A stretch of 62,047 bases of DNA, counting the filler, from Circinaria calcarea (lineage: Eukaryota): NCBI GenBank assembly GCA_051942165.1. It is 26 parts of 26 records of this genome, joined end to end, with 100 filler letters (N's around TTAATTAATTAA, not from the genome) between each part and the next. Parts side by side here need not be neighbours in the genome. Positions count along the whole stretch, not along the records: positions 35,894 to 38,182 come from JAVECS010003690.1; positions 38,283 to 40,570 come from JAVECS010003691.1; positions 40,671 to 42,958 come from JAVECS010003692.1; positions 43,059 to 45,346 come from JAVECS010003693.1; positions 45,447 to 47,733 come from JAVECS010003694.1; positions 47,834 to 50,120 come from JAVECS010003695.1; 20 more parts are not named here. One strand, given 5' to 3'. The notes beneath the pieces are model-generated. The model made no database searches. It was not told the DNA's origin and saw nothing but the letters and a program-made list of their open reading frames with translations. The first letter of the stretch is position 1, and every line of letters begins with the position of its first letter. Positions 36,839-49,090 of the stretch are shown here, one piece after another. The position numbers and the translations under genes were made by a program.

Positions 36839-38182
36839 TCACACGATATCAAAGGTGTCGAGTGGATATGAAGCAAACCCCGGTTTCTTGTATGCCTGGA
36901 CTTCTGGGGTCATCTTGCTCACATTGACGACGACGCCGTTCACCGGGTCGGATTGTACCGTCTCGGTAGCACTTCCACCATCCGACTGGGATCGAACACT
37001 GTACTGATGCGTTATCGCGATACCGATGTCTTCATCGTCATTACACGGCTGGGTCGAGTCGGCAAAGCTTAGAGAGTACTTGTCGCTCCGAGGCTTGCTG
37101 GGCCGGGAGCTGGCACTTTGGTATGGTTTCATATATGGGGGATAGGTTGGAGGTAGAGTAGGGCTTCTGCCCGGCCGGTTGGAGAACCGGTCGTAGATTG
37201 GTTTGAGTGTTGGGATGCAGCCACAAACGATGGTGAGAAATGTTTCGGCACTGGCCAGGAGGTTAGTTGTTGGGTCGGGAATGAGCTAGGAGAGGGTGGC
37301 CTTGCCCGTTCCACAAGAAAAGCTCGTATGTAGCCCCTGATTGATGTCAGATACGAGTAAAGGGTGTGGACACTGCCTGTTTGAGAAGACATACATGTAA
37401 AATCACCCATCTGGGTCGAGGCGATCTTGAACGCCTTGGCGGCACTGCAAACACCAGCGCTGTTCACAGAAACCTCAGAATGAGTCGAATGAACCTTGCG
37501 GTGCCATAGAGTAACAAGAGTCTTACAATATTCCCATGCTCATAAGAATGCTTATGGTAACCCTTTTCTTCTTATTCAGTTTAAGATTCCAGAACATCCA
37601 GACCGGAAGGAGGGCAAGGCAGACGTCCATCAAGGCGTTCCATGCTAGGTAATTTCAGCAGGTACTCGGAAGAAAATACAGCTAGGGAACTGACCGGAGG
37701 TTGCGATACCAATGTAGTTAATAACGTTCACATCCCAGCATTTCGCTTTGATGAGGGGATTCCAAAGCGCTTTGGGAGGATTACACGCAAGAAACATCAG
37801 GATGCAGGTCGCGGAGCTAATAACAAAAGTCGAGATGATACTAAAATAGAGAAAGATCTTCCGCCATTTGGATGGACCCATGATCCGTAGGATGAGTACA
37901 GCAACAGAGATTCTTCCAACCGCGATGGCCATGATTGCAAACGGTTGCGCAATGTACCAGAACCTTGCTATGGTTTCAAGGCCGCCCAAACCCTTGTCGA
38001 GGATGAGGTAGATGGTATGACGGCAACCTCCAGCAAGAACCAGGTATGCTCCTGCGATGTTCATGGCTAAAACGAGCAGCTGACAGTGCTCCGTCAGTAT
38101 TTTCTGACCATCCCAAGGGTGATATGCTGGTCCTCCTTTACCAAAGTAAACACCATGATCCAATCGTCCCAGCCCAGATAAT
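36839..38182 (-). CDS. PTH11-like (fungal rhodopsin-domain) integral membrane protein
   Basis: IWAGTIG..GGCRHTIYL..GRISVAVLILRI..LACNPPKALWNP..CWD, WNALMDVCLALLP..L-LNKKKRV, second TM block and a disordered tail; several introns. Confidence 0.82.
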
Positions 38183-38282
38183 NNNNNNNNNNNNNNNNNN
38201 NNNNNNNNNNNNNNNNNNNNNNNNNNTTAATTAATTAANNNNNNNNNNNNNNNNNNNNNNNNNNNNNNNNNNNNNNNNNNNN

Positions 38283-38560
38283 TCAGACAGCTAGAGCCGT
38301 TTTGCTCGGAATTTTTGATACATGCTGCAGACAATGAAGGCCTCCAGCTAGGCATTGACAAGAAATTGGTCGAGAGACTAGGCCAATGGTGCACTATACC
38401 GGTGACATACGCCGGAGGAGGAAAGAGTATAGATGATTTAGAGAGGGTAAAAGAGCTAAGTAGAGGACGTGTTGATTTGACCATAGGAAGCGCTTTGGAC
38501 ATTTTTGGCGGCAAAGGTGTGCTGTTCGAGGATTGCGTGGCATGGAACCGTAAGCAAGGC
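38283..38560 (+). CDS. HIS6: phosphoribosylformimino-AICAR-P isomerase (His6), C-terminal part; true stop uncertain
   Basis: [86 protein letters not shown]. Confidence 0.93.
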
Positions 38561-38614
38561 GTATTAAGCATACCAGATAACCAATCAAGGTTGCCATCTT
38601 GCAAGCAGGTCACT

Positions 38615-39766
38615 ATGCGCAATGAGACAACTCACAAAGGTTTATTGAATACGAGGCCAACAGACTTACTGAAGAAGTATTTATCATTAAAGCCGGAGAC
38701 CACCACAGCATTACCTGTCATCGAGAAGTACCAAGAGGCTACGCATCACCGGCAAATAGGTATTGATACGTGGGCACAACTTTCGGCCAGACAAGTACGA
38801 AATCTGTACTGGAAAAGGCTATTAATCCGACAAGCAATGGCCTATGGAAACATATATAATGCAAATGAATGTCATCGAAAGGTTTGAAAAGTTATCAGTA
38901 AGCATCTCGGTCCCCTTGCTACTTTTTCCACAGTTGTAAAGACCAGACATGAGTAGAATACACGTTTCGAACGCTTACTCGAAAAGGAGACATCAAATGG
39001 ATTCTGTAACGAATGGAAATTTTCCATTACAGCCACTCTTATGGGAGGCCCTTGTTGATACATATGTGCAAATCACGCCGAAAATGGTGCAAATAAAAAC
39101 GCTGCAAATAGAGATTGCCTGATCCGTTTGTATCTCGGAAAACCCCGGAACTGCAACCAGAACAGGCTCCTTTCCAGATTCTTCACTTTAGGGAATCATA
39201 TCTTAACGCTTGGCCAAATGGAAGACTTGGAGCTTGAAACCAAAAACCTTACGATATTACGGTAGATGCAGTCACCGCAATGCACTGAGCCGCCCAAATC
39301 GACTCTGACGACATGGAGTTTATATACCGGAGTCCGCCAGCATCCGTAGAATGGCACCGATACACTTTCCAGGGATGAAATTATCAAATTACCGCCAACG
39401 TTTCCACGCATTAACGAAAATGGAACGCTCCAGCTGTGCGGATATGGTTTCTGGACTTTGACCGGTGCAAGCAGACAAGGATGGACGAGGCAGGGCTTGA
39501 GTAAGCGGCGCATGCCTTCTTACACAATGAACCCCTATTACCCACGACTCCTGGCTGCGTTGGACCGCGGCCAAGCATTGTGGAAGACCTTTAGGGATCG
39601 GTACTTGTGGAGAAGCTCCGAATGCTTGCCAGGGGGGGGTGGTTTGAAAGCGCGTTGCCGAGCCCGTTCATCAAAAGGGTGGTGGAGCTACAGCAGCAAC
39701 TCCTTAATCAGAGAGCCAAGGATAGTTGGGAAGGCACGAGGAGCTATTCATATACATTATATTTAA
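38615..39766 (+). pseudogene. frameshifted DUF3669-like gene relic
   Basis: Motifs scattered over several frames: ANRDCLIRLYLGK, RFFTLGNHILTLGQMEDL, WFLDFDRC, MDEAG, AFLHNEPYYPR, QALWKTFRDRYL; several stops and frameshifts. Confidence 0.65.
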
Positions 39767-39921
39767 ATTGGGTTATTGTCTGTACGATACATAAATCGCA
39801 GGTGATTAGTATGGTGGGGAAGGCGATTCCGCGTTATATATGCTAGTTCCTGCTGCCTCGCAGTTCTGCACATGAAGACTTGGAAGGGCCTTTTTATGAT
39901 TTCAGCTCGTGTGTTCATGGC

Positions 39922-40270
39922 GGCTGGCTCCTGAGAAGCGCGGCAAATCATCCGTCGGCTACGGATATGCCCGTACAGTGGGAAGCCGAAACTTAAACAC
40001 AAACCAACTGCCCACCGCATATCCAATAATTTGGAGCGTAACCCACGCGGAATCCCGGCGCAGCCGGGATTTCGGGTGGGTTACGCCGAAATTAAAAAGG
40101 AGAAAAAAGGGTTTATCTTATCGCCGGTCGGCGACCGGCTCTCCCGGGCAGGGCCGGCCTTTCTCCGGTATTGCTGTCTTACGAAGGAGCCGGTTGGGAC
40201 TCTGTGCCAAGGCAATTTTTATAGGCCTAATTCTAATATACAACATGAAAAAATCCAACAGTATCTTCAG
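39922..40270 (+). other. highly base-paired non-coding region overlapping a probable third copy (C) of the terminal module
   Basis: 51-nt hairpin at 40036-40086, further stems at 39963-40024 and 40123-40139, and a closing stem 39922-39932/40185-40195. Motifs GAAA..GAG..AAGGGTTTA, GGCCTA and GAAAAAATC..TTCAG are collinear with 49151-49319. Confidence 0.55.
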
Positions 40271-40678
40271 AAATCACGACAGTGCCACGTAAAATACTTT
40301 CAATACTTGAAAGATTATAGCATGAAGGCGACAAAAGATGTTTATTGTTGATTAACATCTAATTTGTATACTAAATAAGTGGTGCTGCGATATTCGAATA
40401 TCCCTCGATAATTTGTGTGCGTGCGCGGGGACTTAAAACCGGCTCCTTTGTATTAGGTAGGTATCACAGCAGTTACAGATGAGATACCTATCAGGTTGGA
40501 CTTGGTATCGAAGGTCTACCAACAACACGATCCTGGATTTCATCCATTCCGCGTGCGGGCTCCCCAGCCANNNNNNNNNNNNNNNNNNNNNNNNNNNNNN
40601 NNNNNNNNNNNNNNTTAATTAATTAANNNNNNNNNNNNNNNNNNNNNNNNNNNNNNNNNNNNNNNNNNNNCTATCGGC

Positions 40679-42958
40679 ATGGATCCACTCAGCGTATCCG
40701 CAAGCATCACTGCGCTCCTACAGCTTACTTCAACGGTCGTCAGCTATATCAGCGCAGTGAAAGATGCTTCGAAAGACCGTTCTAGGTGCCTCAACGAAGC
40801 TTCAAGTCTACTAGGCCTCCTGACCGTTTTGCAATGTCGAGTTCAAGAGGCACATCTAGCCGACGCATGGTTCATTCAAGTCCATATGCTTTCAGCAGAG
40901 AATGGCGCATTCGATCAACTCAGAAGTGATTTAGAGCGGCTTGCCAAAAAGCTCGATCCTGCAGATATTCATAAGCTGGGAAGATATCTGATCTGGCCGC
41001 TCCAGAGAGCAGAGGTGGATGCTGTACTATCCCGAATCGAACGGGTCAAAAGCCTTGTACAGATTTCGCTACAAGGAGATCATTTGTAGGAGATTGCACG
41101 GGATTCCAATTGCCCAGCTTCTGACGGAGTATAGCGTTTTATCTCAAGCGATCAAGAACGACACTCAGAAAACCCACCAACGCATAGAACTTCTCCTCAA
41201 TGACACAGGCACGCTTATTGCAGATACTCGACTAATAAAGGGCCAAAGCCAAGCACTTCAGGATGGCATGGTGGATGCCAGCAATGGGATTTCTGACTTA
41301 CAGACAGTACAAAAAGGTCTGTTAGAAGCCTTTGGCATGCGATCCAAGGATAGCGCGAAGCTGATACATTGATCCAGAACAAGAGCTGCAACAGGTAGCT
41401 AAATGGCTTTCGCCGCTAGATTTCAAGATCAATCAAAGCTATTATGTCCAAAAACGACAGCAAGGCACTGGAGAGTGGTTGCTTAAGTCTGCCGAATTCG
41501 AAACCTGGATGCAGGGAAATCGAGAAACCATGTGGTGCCCTGGTATTCGTAAGTCCATAGCACTAGAATATGTTTTCCCTACACCCACTGAATAAAACAA
41601 CAGCCGGCGCGGGGAAGACCATCATTGCGTAAGGACTTAATCCATTCCTCTATATCTATCTAATGGTAGCTAGTGCTACTATCACTGATCACCTCGAAAA
41701 GCTTTACGACCTTGATGACAGCATTGCGGTGCTTTGCATTTATTGCAATCACAAAGAGCATCTTCAACACACTTCCCTAAATCTTATTGGGGCCCTCCTG
41801 AAGCAGTTAATACAAAATCGACTGATTGTATCGAATACCCTAAGCAACTTGTATAGAAAACATACTTTTCATAACACTCATCCCAATCTTGATGAGCTTA
41901 TTAAAACAACAAAGTCAGAATTCACGTCTTACACCAAGGTGTTTGTTATCGTTGACGCTTTAGACGAGTGCTCTGAAAAGGATGGGACACGCGAGAATCT
42001 TCTGCATAACCTCCGCGCCTTGGGAATTACGAATCTACTGGTCACTTCAAGATACGTGGCGTGGATCGGGCGGATGTTTGATACTACCTCAACACGTCTC
42101 GACATTGAAGCACACAAGGAGGATGTACAGAAATACGTCGAAGGCAGGATATTCCGTGAGAATCGCCTTATACGGCACATAAAAACAGATCCCTCTCTTC
42201 AAGACCTTCTAATTGGCAAGATTGTGGATAGTACTAACGGAATGTAAGAACTTTCTTTTTCTAGTACAATGACGAAAAGGAGTAACTATATAGACCTTTT
42301 TATAAGGATTAAAGCCTAGCTATCACAAAATTAAGCTGACGCATAAAAGGTTCTTGATAGCTCAGCTTCATATGGACTCAGTCGCGAGTAAGAGCAATCG
42401 TAAAGCGATTCGGAACAGTCTGGAAACTCTTCCAATGGGGTTAGATGAAACCTACCAAGAGGCCATGAAGAGAATTTACGATCAGAGCAGAGATGACCGC
42501 GAATTGGCCAATGAAGTACTTTCTTGGATTACATTTGCTTTGAGGCCTCTGTCCATGAGTGAGCTCCAGAATGCCCTCGCTATTGAGCCTGAGAAGTCAG
42601 AGCTAGATACGGATGCTGTACCAGATGAGGAGATCCTGCTCTCAGTCTGCGCTGGCTTGGTAGTCGTGGACCAAGAAAGTGGTGTTGTGCGGCTCGTGCG
42701 TAAGTTTTTTACACGGGAAAACATCCATCTTAATTCCATTAACCATATATAGACTATACTACACAACAGTATTTTGAACGCACCCGACAAACGCTCTTTC
42801 CGCAGGCTCAACTGAGAATCGCCATAAACTGCTTGACGTATCTCTCGTTTGATATCTTCTCAGTCCCACTAACGGCCTATGCAGACTTGCCTGAAAACCT
42901 CGAGATGAAGAATATTGAAGACTATTTCGAATACGACAGGATATGGACGGCGGTGTTT
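40679..42958 (+). CDS. fungal NLR-like protein: HeLo-like/SesA-type N-terminus, NACHT NTPase and winged-helix domain; 3'-truncated
   Basis: MDPLSVSASITALLQLTSTVVSYI, WLSPLDF..RQQGTGEWLL, P-loop WCPGI/PGAGKT, Walker B VFVIVDALDEC, LLVTSR, GM/FLIAQLHMDS, VLSWITFALRPLSMSELQNALA, SVCAGLV..VRLV/HYTTQQYF. Confidence 0.92.
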
Positions 42959-43058
42959 NNNNNNNNNNNNNNNNNNNNNNNNNNNNNNNNNNNNNNNNNN
43001 NNTTAATTAATTAANNNNNNNNNNNNNNNNNNNNNNNNNNNNNNNNNNNNNNNNNNNN

Positions 43059-43794
43059 GCATGTCCTTTCACCATCCGGCAGTTCACGTCTTCTATGAGC
43101 ATTAGACTCTCCTCGAGACGTAAACTACAGACTGCGACAGCTTACCGTCCACACACTTTGGACTCTGTACCGCCTCCACCCCGCAACTCGGGTGTTCCCG
43201 ACACATCCATAGCAGGCAGCATACCACAAGTGAATGATATCAGAGCGCCTGAGCTAGGAAAACAATATCAGCCTCCGTCAGGGGCTTCAGTCGAAAAGCT
43301 GCCTAGCTTCAGCATCACAGAAGGGGAAGCCCAAAAGAGTCAAACCCCAACAAACACATCCTACAATACATCACCCATATCAGATCCACCCAAACAGAAG
43401 CGAACCAGGTTCCGACCACGAAAAGCCGCCTTATCTCTTACTCCCACTGCTATCACGCACTTACGCGATTTACTCTCGTTGCCGGAACCCAAGCTCATCC
43501 GCATAGGGGTCAAGAACAGAGGATGTTCGGGTCTGGCATATCACCTAGAATATGTGGAGAAACCTGGGACTTTCGACGAAACTGTGGAACAAGATGGTGT
43601 CAAGGTGCTTATCGACAGCAAAGCGCTATTCAGCATAATTGGTAGTGAAATGGACTGGGTGGAGGATAAGCTTAACCAGCGCTTTGTTTTTAGAAATCCT
43701 AACATAAGTATGTATTCCCAGATCCGTTGGTTGTTGTTGACTGATCAGTATAATAGAGGAACAATGTGGATGTGGAGAATCGTTCATGGTCTAG
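43059..43794 (+). CDS. ISA1: iron-sulfur cluster assembly protein Isa1, 5'-truncated
   Basis: LIRIGVKNRGCSGLAYHLEYV, DGVKVLIDSKALFSIIGSEMDW, FRNPNI/KEQCGCGESFMV*. Confidence 0.96.
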
Positions 43795-43922
43795 CATAGG
43801 ACTTGGGCTGGCGTTTTGATGTGGCTGTTTAGCGGCATTACAGAGGCGTTCTGGGGCTTTAGGAACTGTGAATACTGAAGACCTTTACGGGAAAACTCAA
43901 ATAATTCAAGAGTCGGCTCATT

Positions 43923-44430
43923 TCAGAATACATTCGGTTCATAGTCCACAATCCTGGCTCGTTCCATGATTCCATCTAGGCTCTTAACGAATGCTAGATG
44001 TGCCGGGTCCTGCTCAATATAATACTTTCTATCTTTCTCGTTTTCGAATTCCACCACAAATCCGTGCGAGAAACCTCCCTGGTTCAGATGATTAGATGGG
44101 TTCATCAAATGTCCCATGCTCGCGAGTGGGAAGGGACGACTACCTGGTGTCCTTCTGTACTGTTGTCACGACCGCCCGATGATGATACGATGTACGGTAT
44201 CTGGGTTTCGGGGTGTTTGCACTCATGGCGAAGGTCTAGCATTCGGGAGCAAACCTGTACCAAAACATGAGTATTGTTCGAGGTGGGCCATTACGAGACG
44301 GCAGACATCTTGAACCGTTGTTGCATGGACCGTTGGCTTGAACTGGATGATTGCTTAGGTTACTTGGTTCACATTAAGGACAGGAGAAACTCAGGTTTAC
44401 CTCGAAGAGTACAATATGGATGATTGTCAT
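43923..44430 (-). CDS. stress-responsive alpha/beta-barrel (Dabb) protein
   Basis: MTIIHIVLFE/FKPTVHATTVQD/VCSRMLDLRHECKHPETQIPYIVSSSGGRDNSTEGHQ/GGFSHGFVVEFENEKDRKYYIEQDPAHLAFV. Confidence 0.88.
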
Positions 44431-44620
44431 CTTTGTTCTTGACTGGGTGAATTAGATAGAATGCTCAATCTCTCCTATAAATGCCTTACCTAGCCGATCA
44501 AGGATGGTTTTAAATAGATCATGGACGAGCAAACGGCGAACTTTCATGGCTCTGCACCATGACGTATTATACGACCAACAGATGGAGAAGCTGCGTATGG
44601 ACACCGAAGAAGTACCAGCC

Positions 44621-45346
44621 ATGGAACAAGACTCATCCCCATTGCCATCTCCATCTGCAGTCAATCTCATCATCCGCTTCACTGCATCCATCCCTGATCT
44701 CCCACTCCTTATTGACGATCCTTCCCTCACGACCACAATAAGATTAAAGCAGCGAATCCGCACCCATCTCTCCCCTCCTCTCTCCACCAGCCGTCTCCGC
44801 CTCATCTACGCCGGCAAACCCCTCCCAGACACCAACACCCTCTCCACCTCTCTCCGCCTCCCCCCACCACCGCCAACATCCTCAAGCGCCAAGGGCAAAA
44901 CCCCCATCTACCCGCCCCGAACCCTCTACATCCACTGCTCCATCTCCGACGCCCTCTCCCCTGCCGATCTCGCGGTCGAAGCCGCCCTCGCCTCAGCATC
45001 GGCTCCACCAGATGGTTCGAATGCGCAACCAAGGACCCACGACGATGCAACCACCACCTCCACCATCCCGGCCCCGCGAGGCTTCGACCGCCTCCTCACC
45101 GCCGGCTTCACCCCCCTCGAAATCGCCTCCCTGCGCTCTCAGTTCCTAGCCATCCAAGCCCACACCCACACGCCCGACACCATGCCCTCTGCCTCGGAGC
45201 TCCGCACGCTCGAAGACCGCTGGATCGACAACGGCAGCGGCGCCGGTAACACCGGGGACGGCTTCGGCGGGCTGGGGAATCTGGATGGGGAAGATGACGC
45301 CGAAGGTGCGGGACTGGACGATTTGCTGTGGGGGAGTGTGGTGGGG
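44621..45346 (+). CDS. DSC3: DSC E3 ligase complex subunit Dsc3 (DUF2407, ubiquitin-like), 3'-truncated
   Basis: LIIRFTASIPDLPL, RLRLIYAGK, YIHCSISD, PRGFDRLLTAGFTPLEIASLRSQF, LEDRWID, DDLLWGSVVG. Confidence 0.9.
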
Positions 45347-45446
45347 NNNNNNNNNNNNNNNNNNNNNNNNNNNNNNNNNNNNNNNNNNNNTTAATTAATT
45401 AANNNNNNNNNNNNNNNNNNNNNNNNNNNNNNNNNNNNNNNNNNNN

Positions 45447-47733
45447 ATCCCAAGCATCTGAGATCTAAGGTTGAAATCAAAGCCTTTATAGAGGAAGAGA
45501 GAATGTCGATTCGGGAGATCTGCGATATCAGAATATTTAACAGTATCCTTGACAATACCATAGTAATCCAGGGTAGGTGCTGGGTGGACGTCGGCATTAT
45601 TAAACGGTGAGACCACCGACGGATCCCAGCAGACCCAGGCGGTGTCTCCGTCGTAATCTCCTCTAGGAGAAGTCGTCAGCTTACAGGATTGAAAAAGGGA
45701 CAAAGCTAGTACCCAGATAGTTTATCCGCTAATGAGCGTGTGCCCTTGGAGGAAAAGACAATCACGTCCTTGTAGATACCTAGCTCAGGTTTGAACACAG
45801 CGCGAACCTTTTAGACATTAGTACTGGGTAGTATCAAAACTTATGCAGTGTAGTGGGAGAAGTTGGGAGATCGACGACCTTTTGGATATCCGAGGGTAAG
45901 TGCGCTGGTGATCTAGCGACTAGAACATCCATGGCGTTCAACAATGTATCTTGAAATTGTGATTTAGGATCTGTAAAGGCGTTTGAGAATCCAAAGTGTA
46001 TCTCGTTCTCCTCCAGGACAGCAAGGGGATCCGCGATCATGTAGGCATATGTCGAACGCCCTAGCCCAATGTTCATCCGCTTCTCCAGCCGCCCACAGTA
46101 GGCAGAGATTGCGCTGTAACATAGGTCTTTGAGATATCGACAGGTCTTGGGCTCGAAACCGTGCTGCGAATTTGTTAGCGGTAGTAGAGGAGGTACCTAT
46201 TTTGTAGCGCGAACCTCAACAAACCAGTTGATCCTCTCCCATGACGAAGTGGGTAATCCACCTTGCATCTCAATCGTCCTAGTTTTGAGTCTCTCGCCAG
46301 TGACAGGGTTATTATCCTGGTTCCATTTCCGTAGAGCTAGTCCACTATCCATTGCAACCTCGAGGTCAGCAACCTTGGCTGTTAGATCTTCCTTCAGCAA
46401 TCGCATCATTTCCTCGGCCGGAACTCCGCGGTTAATAAGAATAGGCATCAACTGGAAGTTTAGGACGGCTGGGGTCAAAGATTTGGCATACGACTGGACT
46501 TCGAAAGTTACTCTGGCAGAATCTGGGTATAGGTTGTCGATGGTATGACCCTCATATTTGAGTTGAGAATCAGTGATCTCAATCCAAAATCCACGTTCAG
46601 ATGTTGGTATGGTCTCCCCGAGCACGTCAACAAACCACATACCTTTTGCGCCCCCTATACGGCCTTGAAATGCAGAAGGGATCTCCCCGTTCAACCTTAG
46701 AATACTGGCGATAGCCGCAGCTGCGGGTTTTGAGATACGTGCACATCCCTGAACACAATGAGCTCACATTAGAAGAATCCAGTCAAGCTCTTGACTCACA
46801 TCATTCATCACCGCGGTTTTGTTCTCTGATTTAAAGCCTCTCTTTTTGGCATCATGTCTTTTGAGATCGAGACGTCGCTCCTGAGGAGAGTCTGCAAACG
46901 CATCGTCACTCCGTATTATTTCTAGGGGTTTGAACTCAATCGTCGGAATAGTTGGACTGACAGCTTAGAGCTTTTAGCACTAGGCAAGATTTTCAAAGGC
47001 GTGACTCACCTAGAGTGAGACGTGAAAAGAGTTTGAGGATCGACTCTCCTCTGTTTTCCGCTGGGGGTAAAACCCAATCGAGCAGATCATTGACGGTAAC
47101 TACTTTATGAGCCGACTTTGCACCACTACTAAACATCTTGACTGCAGCTTCCCGAGCCATGAAGCCCTCGCCATCCTCAGCAAATAGATATATGCGATGC
47201 TGTATGCTTTCTGACTCTTGCCGGTCGCCTCTGCGGGACTTACTCCTTGGCTTCTGTTTGACAAAGAATGATTTCCATTTTCTGCCAAGCAACTCGTGTT
47301 GGATATGGACAAGCCAATTAAGAACTTTACTACGTACAATGGCTGCGTCTTTTTTCAGGTAAGACGGTAGGTCCTTTGGAGATAGGCCCGGTATACCAAG
47401 TATAAGGAATCGATCCCCACCATACTTTCGAGCCAATCTATGTGATTTCTCAAGTTTCAAAGGGTTGAGATGATAGTCGAAGACAGCACCCCCGGATTTC
47501 TCGCAAAACGAGAGCTCACCAGTTAGTATGATCCCGGGTCCTTCAGCTGCTTTCCATGCTTGGATGCTAGATCTCTCAGGGAGTGTCTTTCCATGCCTTT
47601 GAGCATATGCGTTCAAAGCGGTCCATAATTGCTCATAATCGTCAGTGTCCACTTTTATATGACTAGACAGTTCTGATGGAGAAATCTTCCAGTGTAGAGC
47701 AACTCGAGAAATCTCATAAGTGACCTTGAAAGA
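45447..47733 (-). CDS. qde-1: RNA-dependent RNA polymerase, QDE-1 type (quelling), internal fragment
   Basis: VMND/GCARIS, PSAFQGRIGGAKGMW, VLNFQLMPIL, MIADPLAVLEENEIH, VLVARSPAHLPSDIQKV, DVIVFSSKG, catalytic LSG/GDYDGDTAWVCWD. Confidence 0.9.
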
Positions 47734-47833
47734 NNNNNNNNNNNNNNNNNNNNNNNNNNNNNNNNNNNNNNNNNNNNTTAATTAATTAANNNNNNNNNNN
47801 NNNNNNNNNNNNNNNNNNNNNNNNNNNNNNNNN

Positions 47834-49021
47834 CAACCGTTCGCTGCCCGCCAAGTCAACCAAGTTCAAGGTACCCTCACTTCTCTCCCCTGTTATGTGG
47901 TTCTCGCCAGTAAGCTTGAGGATGAAGACTGAATGACTCCGCGACGACCGCTCATTCGCTTTTGTGGCGGCAACAGACCGAGTAGCTGTGGCTTGCCGAA
48001 GAGTACTCTCTACTTTGGTGGGAGAGTCGAACCGGACCGTGGTGATGTTAGTTATGTTCGTCTTGCACTTCTTCATGTCGTGCTGGATCTCGTGCTTTTT
48101 CTTATCCAAGTCGTCCGCCTTTCCAAGTAGGTCATTGATGTTTTCGTTGTAGACTTCAATGAAGGAGCCCTTTATTGAATATTTCCAGCCTTTCTCTTCT
48201 AGAGCCTGTGCGGTATCGTATATCTGGTGGACGGCGCGAGGAATCATGCCATCCTCAGATGACATGGTATAAGTTTTACCAGCGCCAGTTTGTCCGTAGC
48301 AGAAAATACAAACGTTGTAACCGTCCAGAGCACTCTGGATAAACTGACTGATTTCTTCATAGACATCTGCGTTTTGAGATTTTGAATGAAAAATATGATC
48401 GAAGGTAAAGGCATGCGTCTTCTTTTTGGCAGTTCCAAGACTGTTCTTCTCTTCCGGTCCCAGCACCTCAAGTTTCGAATTACCTTGACTATCGGGGAAA
48501 TCCATGCTCGTGGCTCCGTTAATCGGGTCGGTTTGCAGTAATGGTCGAACACGACAAAAGACTCTAATGTTGCCTTTCAGTTCTTGCACCTGGCTGTGGA
48601 GTGTTCTTCTCAGCGACTCTTCGATGCGTAACTTGTTATTCGCCTCGGCCACTTGCTTAATAGCATCTTCGGTTCTTTGCTCCGAATCCGCAAAGGCTTG
48701 TGATTGACTTTTGTAGACTGATTCAAGAGCGTTGATTCGATCACATAAACTTCGCATTGACGATTCAAGGTTTAGTGAATGGTTTTTTGCCTCAGAGAGT
48801 TCTGACAGCAGGTCATGTTTAAGCTTGCGCTCTCGAATTAGATCTTCCTTGGCTTGTTCGAGCTCTTCTTGTCTAGTGTGTGATGTACTTTCCAAGGCCT
48901 GTGTTTCTTCCCCAGGCCGGCTTACCTCGGCGTCGTTACTATCAAAGTGTTCTTGATTATAGGCGCCTAATCGGTCTATGAGTAACGCTGTCATACGTTG
49001 TTTCCTTTCCTTCGAAAACAT
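47834..49021 (-). CDS. kinesin-14 (Kar3/KlpA-like) C-terminal-motor kinesin with short N-terminus; 3'-truncated
   Basis: Coiled coil, neck LRRTLHSQVQELKGNIRVFCRVRP, P-loop GQTGAGKT, switch I NERSSRSH, switch II LVDLAGSERL. Confidence 0.93.
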
Positions 49022-49090
49022 TATGAATGTTACTCGTGTTAAACCAAGGTGGGCATGCAGAATATGAAGGTTGCTTGCATTTCTATGTGT

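Noticed and set aside
45447..47733. RdRP as an endogenous viral element
   Set aside because: Cellular DxDGD-type RNAi polymerase with spliceosomal introns, not a viral GDD-type enzyme.
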